Numbered from the whole stretch's first letter, positions 24,591 through 38,318 are shown. The stretch: 63,448 bases of DNA, filler included, from Octopus bimaculoides (GCF_001194135.2; 8 parts of 8 records of this genome joined end to end with filler, not necessarily neighbours in it); one strand, 5' to 3'. Program-made: numbers and translations. Notes: generated from the letters alone by a model not told the origin.

Positions 24591-25447
24591 TTTTATTCAG
24601 TAGAATTTTAAACGCTGGTTTGTGCATATGACTTTATATCTAATTATACTACGACGCTTGTTTTGCTTTTCTTATAAGAGGATTTTTTTTGAGTTGGTAC
24701 AGAATTGATATATGTGGATTATGAAAGATCAAAATGAATGACAGACTCATCTAATTGATGTCAGCTTGAAAGAAGAAAATCACACATTTTGATAATGAGA
24801 ATGAGGAAGAATACTTGGTTGAATCAACCTAAGTATAATACTGATGCATCTTTATCAAACTTATGTTACAGTCATCAATAGAAGATGACTGGGCAGCATA
24901 TATCATGCTTTCACTAATTGTTTTGCTCATCACTCATACAGTGATAAGCAGCAACACAGCCTTTTGAGCCTTCCACTCTTGACCTAACAAATCAACCAGG
25001 ATGTGACAGTTAGCAGGAAAGAATATGATGGGGGTGAGGTCATACCAGTACTAAGTACCAAACAAGTACTTTATTTATCAACTCTTGAAAAATAGAATAC
25101 AAAGTTGACCGTGGTTGACTTGAACTCAGAGTGCAAGGAGATGGACCATATACTGAAATGCCTTTTCTTTGATACTTTCATGACATTGATTCAGCACCCT
25201 TTGTTTATGGCCATTAACACAAGCGAGATAACCATTCCCTCAAAACTAGGTGGGATTAGAATTTTAAATTTGAAATTAAAGAATATGAAGAAGATACATA
25301 GACTTCACAGAATTTTTTTTTAATCTATTAATAAGTTATTACAATATCGGTTGGGGGTGTAATCATGTACAGCACTATTTCATTCTTTTTAGAAATCTTC
25401 AACATGATTTAAGCAGTAATTTATTAAAATAACTATGTACTTATATA

Positions 25448-26641
25448 TTGGGTCATCCCATAAATAATGCAGTTTTTTAGTACTTTTGTTTTCCAAAATA
25501 CTTTTTTAATCTAAAATATATTTTCCTTTGTTTTCTACAATACTCTTCCATCTATCTGGAAGACTTACAAGGTTCCTGTGATGAAAAATACTCCTCCAGT
25601 ACTGTTCTGACCTCGTCTACAGAATTCATATTTTTTCTGTCCAAATGATTTTGAAGACTGCAGAATAAATAATAATCAGATGGGGCAATGTCTGGTGAAT
25701 ATGGCAGGTGGGGCATTGTTTCCTATTCAAACTGCTCCAGCCTTTGGAATGTCATCCTTGCTGTATGTGGCTGGGCATTATCCTGATAGAAGAACACCTT
25801 TCATCTTGAAACTAAAGATGGTCGTTTTTCTTCTAGTGCTGACTTAAGCTGCTCAAGCTGCCCACAGTAGATCTTTGTTATAATTTGATTTGGGTTTAAA
25901 AGTTCAAAGTGGACTAAACCTTTCATATCTCACCAAACAGATACCAGCACCTTATGTGGGTGAAGACCTTGTTTAGCCTGGAGTGCTGGTGTTTCTCCTA
26001 CCCACTGTCTTCGGCACTTGACATTTTTATAGAGATTCCATTTCTTGTCACCAGTCACTATGCGGTCCAAAAAAGGTTCATTCATGAGACGTGACAATAA
26101 AGAGCACACATTCACTTTCTGTGCGCGATTAGAATTGGAAAGTTTGTGAGGAACCCATTGACCCAATTTACTGACTTTTCTGATGGCATGCTTCTCTGCT
26201 AGTTCCTTAACAGTTACGATGGGATTTTGTTCTACCAGGGTTTGCAGGACGTCCTCATTGAGCTCACTACAGATCTTTCAGGATGAGGTTCATCTTCTAT
26301 GCTGTAGTTTCTGGCTTGAAATTTCTGGAACCACTGCTAACACTAGCTTACACTTATTGTCTGATCCTCATATACTGCATTAATATTCTTCACATTTTCT
26401 GTTTCATTTGAACTCATAAAGTAAAATATGCCGAATATGCACCTTTGTCACTTCCATTATATCTTTGAAAAAATAACTGTTAAAATCGAACTGCACTCTT
26501 CAAAACTTGCACTAAGAATAAGTACAAAGTAAAATTACTACCTGCTTTTATAGCAAGTTGATGCAGGTAGTTTATCCCATCCCCCTCTGACCTTTTAGTT
26601 CATGTAATTGAAAAAACCTCATTATTTATGGGATGACCCAA
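25448..26641 (-). mobile_element. Mariner (Hsmar1/Mos1-like) element, degraded transposase
   Basis: Perfect 22-bp TIR TTGGGTCATCCCATAAATAATG, TA flanks; WVPHKL and FLDRIVTGDKKW motifs. Confidence 0.93.
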
Positions 26642-27791
26642 TACATGAAGCTTACATAAATTCCAGAAAATAAACACACACTACATTGGCACCTAGAGCA
26701 ATTGGTGGCAGTATGTTACATACTCATGAAGGATGGCTGTAATTGGTTAGATACATAAACCATATAAAAGTTTGTCTATATGAATTCATTATATTACCAT
26801 CCCTTCTGTAGTGGTCTTGTGCAGATGACACTTTAGTTTTACCATTGTCACATGTGTAATTTAAGCTAATCTGAAACTAAAGGCCTGTAAGCAATTTTTC
26901 TCCTTTCGTTTTGCTAGATAAACAAAACACTTGACTATTTTATTAGATTCGCTATTGTAATGCATGTTGTTTTAATCAACCAGCAACTAATAGCCTGTTG
27001 AGCCATTTTTTTTTACTATATCCAGAGAATAAAAATTCATTTTGGCTCATTTGCTCAGCATCTCTTTCTCACGCTAGTAGTTATGGCTAAGCCAGTGTAC
27101 TGTCTTTCACTTTAATTTGGCAAGCAGTCTTTTGATTGAGCTCTACAACACAAGTTATTACATTGTTGTACATTATTCTTAACACATTTCTACAAAATAA
27201 ATTATCTAAATAACCTATTGATATACATTCCCACAAACACATCATCCTCATCATCATTTACCGTCCAGTTTCCATGCTGGCATTGGTTGGATGGTTTGAC
27301 TGGAACAGTTGTCTGTTTTAGCTTGGTTTCTACAGCTGGATGCCCTTGCTAACATCAATACTTTATAGAATGTACTGGATGCTTGTTTTCATGTCACGGG
27401 CACAGTTGCCTTTTACATGTCACTGGCACTTAGCTTGATGTGTCTTCTCAAGCACAGTAACTCACCAGAAATCTCAGTCACGTGTCATAACCTCTGTGAA
27501 ACTCAACAACTGGAGATCATATTTCATCACCTTGTCTCACATCTTCCTGAGTCTACCCCTTCCACAGGTTCCCTCCACATTTACAGAAACACATCTATGT
27601 AACACATTTACGTAAGCTTTATCTAAATTGACATTGAAAATAATATCTGTTATTTTCACTTTAGTATTTTGTACAACTGAATTCTGTCCTATTTTAATCT
27701 GTACTTACAAACCGAGGAATTTCAACCATGTTTCGTGGTCTGCTACCACAACAGCTCCTTTATAGGATCCAGTTAGCTGAAGACATCATCA

Positions 27792-27877
27792 AGAGGAACC
27801 ACGTCCGGTTTCGGCCCCTACTCCTCTACCGTTTTGACGTGGCGGGGCCACCCCCTTTCGGAGGTGTCTTCAGCTCT
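27792..27877 (-). ncRNA. Hammerhead-like fold with an extra hairpin in the core (tentative)
   Basis: AGAG-CTGAAGA-C-[ACCTCC GAAA GGGGGT]-GGCCCC..GGGGCC-GAAACC..GGTTC-CTCT; folded by eye only. Confidence 0.35.
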
Positions 27878-28098
27878 GGTGTTGGGTGCATGTCTTCTTT
27901 CACTGTTTGTGACTGTTCTAATTCAACTGTGGAATGTCCCTCGCTATGGTTATTTTCCAGGAGGTTCTGGCCACACGTCTTACGGTTCATTAACCCGCGT
28001 TGTTGAATTACTTTCTTCTGACATACCTTCCCTTGGTGGATTAGGATCCAGTTAGCTGAAGANNNNNNNNNNNNNNNNNNNNNNNNNNNNNNNNNNNN

Positions 28099-28258
28099 CT
28101 AGGCTCCAGCAGGCAGCCCCAGCTAGTTGTCACGTGACACTGTCTAAATTTCCCGCTGCTAGGGTCCAGTAGGCAGCACCAGCAAGTTGTCACATGACAC
28201 TGTCTAAACTTCCCGCTGCTAGGCTCCAGCAAGTTGTCACATGACACTGTCTGAACTT
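28099..28258. repeat. 60-bp tandem repeat, about 2.7 copies
   Basis: Units start at 28099, 28159, 28219 (third has a deletion). Confidence 0.9.
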
Positions 28259-28303
28259 TAACTGACAATGGAGGGCGCGAAGCCACTTCAGTGTCAGCCT
28301 GTC

Positions 28304-28495
28304 TCACCTAGACTTGTTATGACTTTCAAGCCATATTCGATCTTCCCGCTTCAGCCATATATAGAAGCTGGCTTTTTCGACCGCCTCCTGTATCCTCCTT
28401 ATCAGTTTTCTAAGTTCCGAGTTTGAAAACGCAAATCTTCTCTTGAATAGCGTTGTCATTTTTCTTTCAATGAAGCCTCTAGCCCCCACTACTAA
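28304..28495 (-). mobile_element. RLE-type non-LTR retrotransposon C-terminus (HERO/NeSL-like)
   Basis: VGARGF...RKLIRRIQEAVEKASFYIWLKR resembles the EVGCRGF...AEKASRWLWLKR end of HERO-type ORFs. Confidence 0.75.
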
Positions 28496-30522
28496 TCAGG
28501 TTAGAAGAGATCTCTTTTTTTTATTTGTTGTTGGTGTTTAGGATAAATTATACATAAACAGTTATTGTTGTTATATGGATCTACAAACAACCTTTTAATT
28601 TCCTAAAATTGGTAACCTTGAAATTTAAACAAAACAGCCTTGTTTCTGTTTTAACAGCTACAAATCAGCATACAAATGATGACTCAAAACCACAGGCATT
28701 TTTGTTGTTTGGAACAACAAAATATGTTTTATGAAATTTTGACAGTCAAGCACATTTTTTTTTACAATAATCACTGTAAAAAATTCTCTGTGTTTAGCAC
28801 ATAATACTACTAACTGCTCAAGTTATTTTAGCCAACCAATCACTTAAAGCAGTTTTCTTTTTGCCTGTCAACTCAGTTCACTATTTTTCATAATTCGAAG
28901 CCAACTCTTGCCTCTGTACAACTTTGCTTCAGCCAGAAACAACAGAAATGAACAAAAATGCAACAATCACCAATCATATATAACTTTAGATCTTCATTGA
29001 AAAGATGTAATAAGTGACGTGGTGTACATAACAAATTTCTTTATATAAGAAGAGAAAAATGTTGAAATATGACAAACATGTTTTATAAGGCATTTTTTAT
29101 TGTTCTTTTTCTCTTCCTGTATATTCCCTTTAGTTTATCACTAATGCTTTTGTCAATAAGCGGCTCATCATTATTACTATTTTCTTTTGTTTTTCATATC
29201 AATGCAGTATTACTACAATTTTTTTTACATGGAAATGCCTCAAGGACAGAATGTGACAAATGTGAAATTACTATCTCCCTAAAGAATTCAAGAAAAGAAA
29301 AATGAGCATCTATAGAATTACTGCTGACTTAGAATTCTACTGCAGCAATTAAGCAGAATTACTGTAAGGCTCCTGTAATTGTTGATGTCTTGGATGATTT
29401 TTTTTATTCTGGTAATTCTTCCCAGCAGATAGAACTGTCTATATTTTTTTTTCTTTAATCTGTAATTAGGTATAAGGCCATGATCACAAGATCTTAGTTT
29501 CGATTTCTAGACAGTGTGGTGCACTGTGTTCTTGAGCAAAACACTTCATCTCACATTGTTCTCTGGTCACTTTGACATCTGACGAGTGGTACATCCTATA
29601 CCTAGACAAGCAATATAAAGGCAATTTGCTGTGAAGGAAGTGAGCTTATGTACTGAACAAATACTAGATTACTATAAACAAATAACTGTGCAGGTTGTTC
29701 AGCAAGAAATTGTAAAACCTTCATCAGCTATTTATGACAGAAGAGTCCACCAATTAGTTACTTCAATTTTGTGCTTTAAACATGCATCTTCATAGTCTAT
29801 CAACCAGCAATATGTATCTTCCTTGTGCGCATACATATGGATGTCTAAACCTTATTTATTTATTGTTTAACTGATCCACTACCTAATATCAATTCCCACT
29901 TGAGTAATATGTTGATCTAATCCTTGAAATCTCTTCATCCCAGGGAAAAACATGTTTAGCTTCCAGAATTCAGGTCATTGTACATTGGTCTCATGTAAAT
30001 TGGCCAAACAGATTATGAATTTGTGAATCCGGGAGTCAGATGCTTGAAACTGTGAGCAACTTTCACTAAGCCTATTGGTTTACTGGACAAAAATGCTAAG
30101 TATGGCCTGAATGACCCTCTGCAGTTTACTGAAACCCATATTGCGCATCAGAAAAAATTCAGGTAATATCTATCAGACTTTTGGAACTGCCTGAGCAGGT
30201 TTGCAGGGCTATGTCCTTGCAGTTTCTGTAGGCATCCAAAATGTCAAATTAAACATTTAATGAAACTAATGAGTGGGATGTTCTTGCACATGTCAAAGCA
30301 GTATATAACAAAAAAAGACTAGCTCCAACTGGGGAGTACATAGCCACTTGTCTGAAAATCCTCCTCATTACCTTCCCTGCTGTTTATGTCCATGTCACTG
30401 ATTTGAAAGATCATGCTTTCTTCAAAATTCAGAACTTTCTGAAACAGCTCTGCTCATACCATTTATTGAAGCTGACTGTGAAAAGTATAAATCAGTGTTG
30501 TCAACCAGAAGAAAAATGAGTG

Positions 30523-30688
30523 CAGGGCCAGCTCAAGGTACTGGCAACTCAAGCAGTCACCTGCGGTAGCATGTTCTAAGGGGCACCAAGGAGAGCATGA
30601 CAAAGACAAGGAAATTTCCACAACCGTCAGCTTGTACACGCTGAAGTTGAGCTTTCCCAGGACACCAGCAACCCTAGGGCCAGCCCTG
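30523..30688. mobile_element. hAT-type MITE
   Basis: TIRs CAGGGCCAGCTC / GGGCCAGCCCTG and exact 8-bp TSD AATGAGTG (30515-30522 / 30689-30696). Confidence 0.88.
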
Positions 30689-30815
30689 AATGAGTGAATG
30701 CATTTTAGAAAACCTGATCTTGCTGATGGTTACCTTTTCCAGATTTAATGACCTGAGGCCATTGAGCAGGTGCCCTTTCATCCATGCAAACCCCAGGCCT
30801 TGTGAATTTTTACAG

Positions 30816-31125
30816 TTTATTCTTAGTATGGCCATGTAAGAAGGATAAGAAGGACAATTTAAAGAATTGTCCTGAATATGAGGATATTGGAGGACTCTTT
30901 GAAGGGCTCCTAAAAAGAATTATCTCTTGACCAGAAAAGCACCCTTCTTTCACCTATTTTTTTTTGTTCACTTTCTTCTTATCCTCCTTACATGGCCATA
31001 TAAAGAATAAAGTGAAAAAAAAATATAGGTGGAAGAAGGGTACTTTCTTGGTCAAGAGATAATTCTTTTTCGGAGTCCTTCAAAGAGTCCTCTAATATCC
31101 TCTTATTCAGGACAATTTTTTAAAT
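30816..31125. repeat. Interleaved inverted repeats (A-B-A'-B')
   Basis: A 30816-30852 vs 30975-31011; B ~30857-30974 vs ~31009-31125 (roughly 85-90% identical by eye). Confidence 0.9.
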
Positions 31126-32570
31126 CTCCAGCATCATGTGGGGAATCTTATGTAAAGAATTTATTCACTCTTTGAATAGTTGCCTCAGGAAGTCTGTTTG
31201 TTTGCATGTGTGTCTTTAATATGGCAGGTTCATCAAAGCTCTCACCACCTGTAAAGATTTCAACCTTGTGTGTTTGAAAGTCATCATATTCTAGTTCTCC
31301 ATTCAGATAATGCTGTAGTTGAGTGATACATCTGTACCATGTTGTTTCTGCTTTTGTTGTGGTCATTGTTAGTATGTCTTACGGTGTGGTTGTGGCAGTC
31401 TCTTTTTCCTCTGCTGTTGTTATTTACTATAGCAGTTGTTGTTATCGTCACCATTATCATCATTGTTATTATTGGCTTGTTGGCTACTTGTGTGTTTGAC
31501 CACATCTTTTTGATTGCTTTGCTTGCTTTTGTGCTGTCAAAGCTTTCGATGTTAAGTGTTAATTTACTTCCCCTGACCTGCCCCTCTTCCTTGACGATCG
31601 CTCCTCTCCAACATTTTCTTGATGCTTTTTAATCATCCTCAATAATATCTTCGTGATCCTAGATATCGGAGGATGTTGATGCTTTGTCAATGTTCTCATG
31701 TATTTCTTTCTGTTGATCATGATGGTGATGATGATGATGAGCTTCTTTAGTTAATGAGTAAAGTTAACTGAATGAGAAATCCAGTGGGTTAATTAATTAA
31801 CCAAGAAGTTCATAAGTTCTTTTTACATGCGCAAGCTTATTCCAAGGTCTGTATTTTATAATACATTTTTGAACAGTATAGCAGAGACACACATTAGGTA
31901 GGGCTTCATCTGGAAATCCTACAAAGGTTTATAATAGATTGTATTCAGTTTACAGTGACTCTGAAATACTGGGTGCAGCACAATTATCAGTCATTTTATC
32001 ATAAAATAACAAGTATTAGGTTTTAGTTTAATGAACATTTACAGGCTGATTGTTATATTTATTGACTGTATTTTACATATATTTGCAATTCAAAATGGCC
32101 AACCTTTGCCTTCACCATAGCCCTTAAACTTTTTCAACTGAAGTGCATGCACATTTACCAATTAAATAACAAGTAAATGTATATGCCACATCCAGTTGAT
32201 AGGATTGTTAGCACTGATGGAATTACTATGTCTTAAGCTTACAAATGTTACTAAGCAAACTATTGCAGATGTTCTGTGAGGGCACCAGTTTTCCAAACCT
32301 CAATTAGAATATTGTTCCAACCAGCAGCTTTTGTATTTGTGATATGTATTTCACATCCTGCAAGATTTTTGTGTGTGGAATTGTTTGTATTTATTAGTAG
32401 ACCTTCATCAACGACTTGCTGGATTGGTGCTTTAGCGACATCAGATAGTTGACTAAGAAGTATTTTTTTCCATTTGGTAATATGTTCTTAGGGTTGTTCC
32501 ATTTGACAATATGCTCTCAAGATTCCTATTGTGCAATAGTGAAGAATCGAAAGAAAATAACTTCCACCAT

Positions 32571-32609
<39 letters not shown>

Positions 32610-32783
32610 CATACATACATACATACATACATACATNNNNNNNNNNNNNNNNNNNNNNNNNNNNNNNNNNNNNNNNNNNNNNNNNNNNNNNNNNNNNNNN
32701 NNNNNNNNNNNNNNNNNNNNNNNNNNNNNNNNNNNNNNNNNNNNNNNNNNNNNNNNNNNNNNNNNNNNNNNNNNNNNNNNNNN

Positions 32784-32843
<60 letters not shown>

Positions 32844-32970
32844 ATTAATATTTCTAAGTCTCTCTAAAGGAGACTACGGCAGCGGTACTGGAAATTAATA
32901 GTTATCGCCAAGCCAACATGGCAGTCCCAAAATTAGGACGAAAGCTGTCGTATGTATATATATATATATG

Positions 32971-33005
<35 letters not shown>

Positions 33006-33857
33006 AAGGTAGTTAAACACAGGCTTGTGACACACTTACACAGAACACAAAATACAGATTACCAAGTAAAGAAAACAGGAAACAAAAGAGAAGAGAAAAG
33101 CTAAGACTCTACTTAATTCTTCTCTTCTATTTGGGTTTCTTTTCTTTTTATTTCATAATTTGTATTTTGTGCTCCATTTAAATACATGTTTCAAGCCTAA
33201 CTGTGTTTATCTACCTTACTATCAACATAACAGCTCGATAAACATTTTTCTTATGGCCAACTTTCAAGGCCAGAGTGCTGGCCCTGGATGAAGAGGTTGG
33301 AGTATAAGTTCCCATCTATTTGAGCACTACTCTGTGTTGTCTATAGTAAGCTTATGTTGCTTTCACCTATTCTCTCTCTCTGAATATATATATAATTATG
33401 TGTATTTCTTCTATCTTAATGAATAAAAATTCTTCTGATAGAATAAATGGGTTAATAGAAACCAATGTAGCAAAGAACACAAAATAACTGTGGTTTAGTT
33501 CCTGTTTTTAAGGCAGGAACTCCTTGAAATTTTGGGTATTTGAGTATATTTAAGAATTTAAGGAATGGAGAAAACGCATGTTATAATTGCATACTTTATT
33601 CCTACATATGTTTCAAAGGATTACAACCTGTGTGATCCATAGGGATCTTTGATATTAAAATTGTAACCTTCTCATCAGGGAAAGCATGGGAATCATCTTA
33701 AACGTAAGACATTATGACCGATTATGAAAACAATAGTTGGATANNNNNNNNNNNNNNNNNNNNNNNNNNNNNNNNNNNNNNNNNNNNTTAATTAATTAAN
33801 NNNNNNNNNNNNNNNNNNNNNNNNNNNNNNNNNNNNNNNNNNNATATATATATATAT

Positions 33858-33972
33858 AGTCCTGAGAATTGCTGAAGCATGGAATAAATTAGCTGCATCA
33901 GTTGTTAGCTGTCGAGACACTACATCCTTCAAAACATCTATGCTTCCTGAAATTCGCCAACAGTGTAACTGA
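33858..33972 (+). mobile_element. CR1-like LINE 3' fragment
   Basis: LRIAEAWNKLAASVV..TTSFK resembles RVVN.WN.LP..VV...S..SFK. Confidence 0.6.
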
Positions 33973-34074
33973 TGCCCCTGCACCGCCTTTTTTTTTAGCT
34001 GTAGTGCACCTGAGTACTGTATACAACAATTTCATTGTTATCAATATATATATATTTCATTGTTATCATTATAT

Positions 34075-34450
34075 TAGGTCGTCAAGTAAGAATTTTGTAG
34101 AAAAGATAAAAAAGTTTGCTAATGTTTTATAAATACAAGGAATAGTTTTATTCATCAAAGTATGCACCCATATTGTCAATACACTTTTGCCATTTCAGCG
34201 GTAGCATGTCCATCTCAAAACTGTAAAAGCCAGTCCATGTTTAAGTCAATAAAATCTTGAATGGTCTGTTTTACAGTATCGTCGGAATTAAATTTTTTCC
34301 TACCCAAAAATTATCCAAATTCTGGAAGAAGTGGTAGCAGTGGGGGAAAAATCAGGTGAGTATGGCGGATGTTGGAGAACTTCCAGCTGCAAATGCTGTG
34401 GTTTCGCTAGTGTCATTTTTGCTATGTTTGGTCTGGCGTTGTCTTGCAAT
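34075..34450 (-). mobile_element. Mariner transposase remnant (3' end)
   Basis: LEVLQHPPYSPDFSP motif; TIR-like TTAGGTCGTCAA at 34075. Confidence 0.75.
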
Positions 34451-35090
34451 AATGTATATCAGACTAGACAATTTGGCATCTACTTTCAGCATGCAAGAAT
34501 CAACTTGGTGGCTTTCCTCTTATAATTTGCAGTCTTTGGACCTTTTTCTACGCATGCTCATCACTGGTATAATTGTTATTTTTGAATAATAATTTTTACT
34601 CTCAATACTTATATTTTTAAATATTTTAGTTCTCGAGTTGGGTAATTCACTGCTGAATTTTATTAACTGTTGACTTATGACTTGGCGTGGAGGGTGAAGG
34701 CATTTGAATTGAACACATGATGCATAATGGTGCAAATCTATACGCGAGATGGTATGTATTCGAGTTCTATTACTATGTATCCCCAGCAGATTCCACTGAA
34801 GATTCACGGATAATTGTGTCATTATTAATGGCGAATCTTCGAAGTATGGAGTTGACTGGCTCTTTTGTTTCTTTTCATAGTGTCTTGCACGAATACATCC
34901 AACGCGGCAATAAATGAGAAAGTAGTTTTCGTGGTTAGACGATTTGGCGTCTACTTTCAGCATCTAAGGTAACCATTTGGTGGCTTTTATCTTATATTTG
35001 AAAATGATATGCAGTCCTTGAACTTTTTTAGGCATGCTGGTCACTTGTATAAATTCTTTTTTTAAAATAATAAATTTTACCCTCAATGCT

Positions 35091-35187
<97 letters not shown>

Positions 35188-35453
35188 ATTGTTTTATTAT
35201 GTTATTCTTTTACTTGTTTCAGTCATTTGACTCGAATGGTTTTAGTCAAACAATCGACCCAAGGACTTATTTTTTAAGCCTAATACTTATTCTATCGGGT
35301 AACTTTTGCCCAGTTTGAAGAGGGTTTATATGCCCTCCACAATTAGTCTTCTGAGTCGTCCACAGAGCTGAGTGCTTTATGGATGCGAAACCATTGGTCA
35401 CTCTGTGACCGGACATATATTTAACTGTATTTAAATGCATGTATGAATGTGTA

Positions 35454-35538
<85 letters not shown>

Positions 35539-35754
35539 CTTCTCACGGACGTGCTGTCACATCGGCTGCGAAGGTAAACGTTTATTTGGCCTTTTATTGT
35601 CCACATTTTGTTGGAATTTTTAAATAATTTTGTTGCGAAGCACCTAGGCTTCATNNNNNNNNNNNNNNNNNNNNNNNNNNNNNNNNNNNNNNNNNNNNTT
35701 AATTAATTAANNNNNNNNNNNNNNNNNNNNNNNNNNNNNNNNNNNNNNNNNNNN

Positions 35755-37243
35755 TAATTTTGAAATATCAATAAAACTGTCAAAAGCTTGTTTATTTTTA
35801 CGTTTTTTAATTTATTATTAGTGTTGCTTAATATGTTTTGCTAAAATTGATGTTTCTTTTCAGATATCATCAGAAAAAGTTAACTAAAATTCATTAAAAT
35901 GACAGATCTATCGGACTTTCAAAGAGGTCAAATTGTTGGTGCTCATATGGCAGGCACTAGCGTAATGAAAACAGCCAAAATGTTTGGTGTATCAAGAAGT
36001 AATGTCTCAAAAGTAATGACAGCCTTTGAGAAAGAGGGAAAAATCTCCTCGTTGAAACAAAACTCCGGAAGAAAACTAGAACTTTCAGATAGGGATCGTC
36101 AGACTCTTACATGAATTGATCACAAAAATACAGCTCCCAAAATTACTGCAGAGCTTAATGACCACCTTGAGAACCCAGTTTCCACAAAAAGTGTTCACTG
36201 GAAGCTGCACAAAGCCAGATTTCACGGGAGGGCTGCAACCAGGAAACCACTACTTTCAAAAACAAATGTTGCAAAGCTTTTAGAGTGGAGTAAAAAACCC
36301 ACAAAATTGGTCCCTAGAGCAGTGGAAGAATGTTTTCTCGGACAAGTCATCCTTTACCTTATTTCCAACAACTGGCCGAGTATACGTATGAAGACAGCCA
36401 AAAGAAGCATTTGACCCAAACAGCCTTCTTCTAACTGTTAAACATGAAGGAGGATCTGTGATGATCTGCGGGGGTAATTTCTTGGAAATCCGCTGGCCCA
36501 ATGGTTTCCCTTCATGGCAGAATTAATAGTTAAGACAATGAAGCATTTTATCTGATCAAATTCATCCAATGGTTGTAGAAATGCTTCCGGAGAGAAACGC
36601 AATCTTTCAAGCTGATAATGCACCAATTCACACAGCTAAAGTTGTTACTGAATGGCACGAGGAACATTCTAGTGAACTTGAACATCTTATCCAGCCACCA
36701 CAGTCCCCAGATTTCAATATTACTGAACATTTATAGTGCATTTTAGAAAACCAAGTAAGGAGTACAGTTCTATATTTAAGAGATGAGGAATTATGTAGAT
36801 TACTTACATTTGATGGATATTTGTCCTCATCTTGTTTATTGTTAAAACAACGTTTTGGCTGATATACCCTCCACCCTTCTTGAGGTATCTTGGAATACCT
36901 TAGGAATGAGAACCCAGGTTTGAAATTTCCCCAAGACACCTGAAGAAGGCTGGAGGGTATATCAGCCGAAACGTGTTAACAACAAACAAGATGAGGACAA
37001 ATATCCATCGAATGTAAATAATGTAAGTAAGGAGTAGATATCTTCCACCATCATCACTACAAGAACTGGAGACTGTCTTAGCTGAAGAATGGACAAAAGT
37101 TCCTTTAGAAACAATTCAAACTTTGTACAAGTCCATATCTGATAGAATTGAAGCTGTAATTATTGCCAAAGGCAGTCCTACCCCATATCAAAATAAATTT
37201 GTTTGAACTTTTAAGGTGTTTCCATTATTTTGTCCAAGACCTG
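35755..37243 (+). mobile_element. Tc1-like transposon, left end lost in gap, transposase disrupted
   Basis: MTDLSDFQRGQIVGAHMAG..., FQADNAPIH, PPQSPD motifs; right TIR ..TTATTTTGTCCAAGACCTG followed by TA. Confidence 0.92.
36765..37024 (+). mobile_element. Short hammerhead-bearing retroposon with inverted 5' segment, inserted in Tc1
   Basis: 12-bp TSD AAGTAAGGAGTA (36753-36764 / 37025-37036); ~36802-36892 is an inverted copy of ~36930-37024; same family as 47181-47414. Confidence 0.85.
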
Positions 37244-37263
37244 TATATATACATATATATATA

Positions 37264-37365
<102 letters not shown>

Positions 37366-37471
37366 TATATANNNNNNNNNNNNNNNNNNNNNNNNNNNNN
37401 NNNNNNNNNNNNNNNTTAATTAATTAANNNNNNNNNNNNNNNNNNNNNNNNNNNNNNNNNNNNNNNNNNNN

Positions 37472-38318
<847 letters not shown>

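Noticed and set aside
27799-27849. HDV-like or pistol ribozyme reading of the interleaved helices
   Set aside because: No convincing P3/L3, P4 or J4/2 catalytic C for HDV and no pistol GCG/GU elements; only the hammerhead-like reading was kept, tentatively.
28099-28258. Repeat arrays as CRISPR (also 8905-9230, 18141-18212)
   Set aside because: Contiguous tandem units without unique spacers, eukaryotic context, no cas genes.
34520-34963. 147-aa ORF between two ~110-bp diverged direct repeats
   Set aside because: No recognisable domain; embedded in mariner-like debris.
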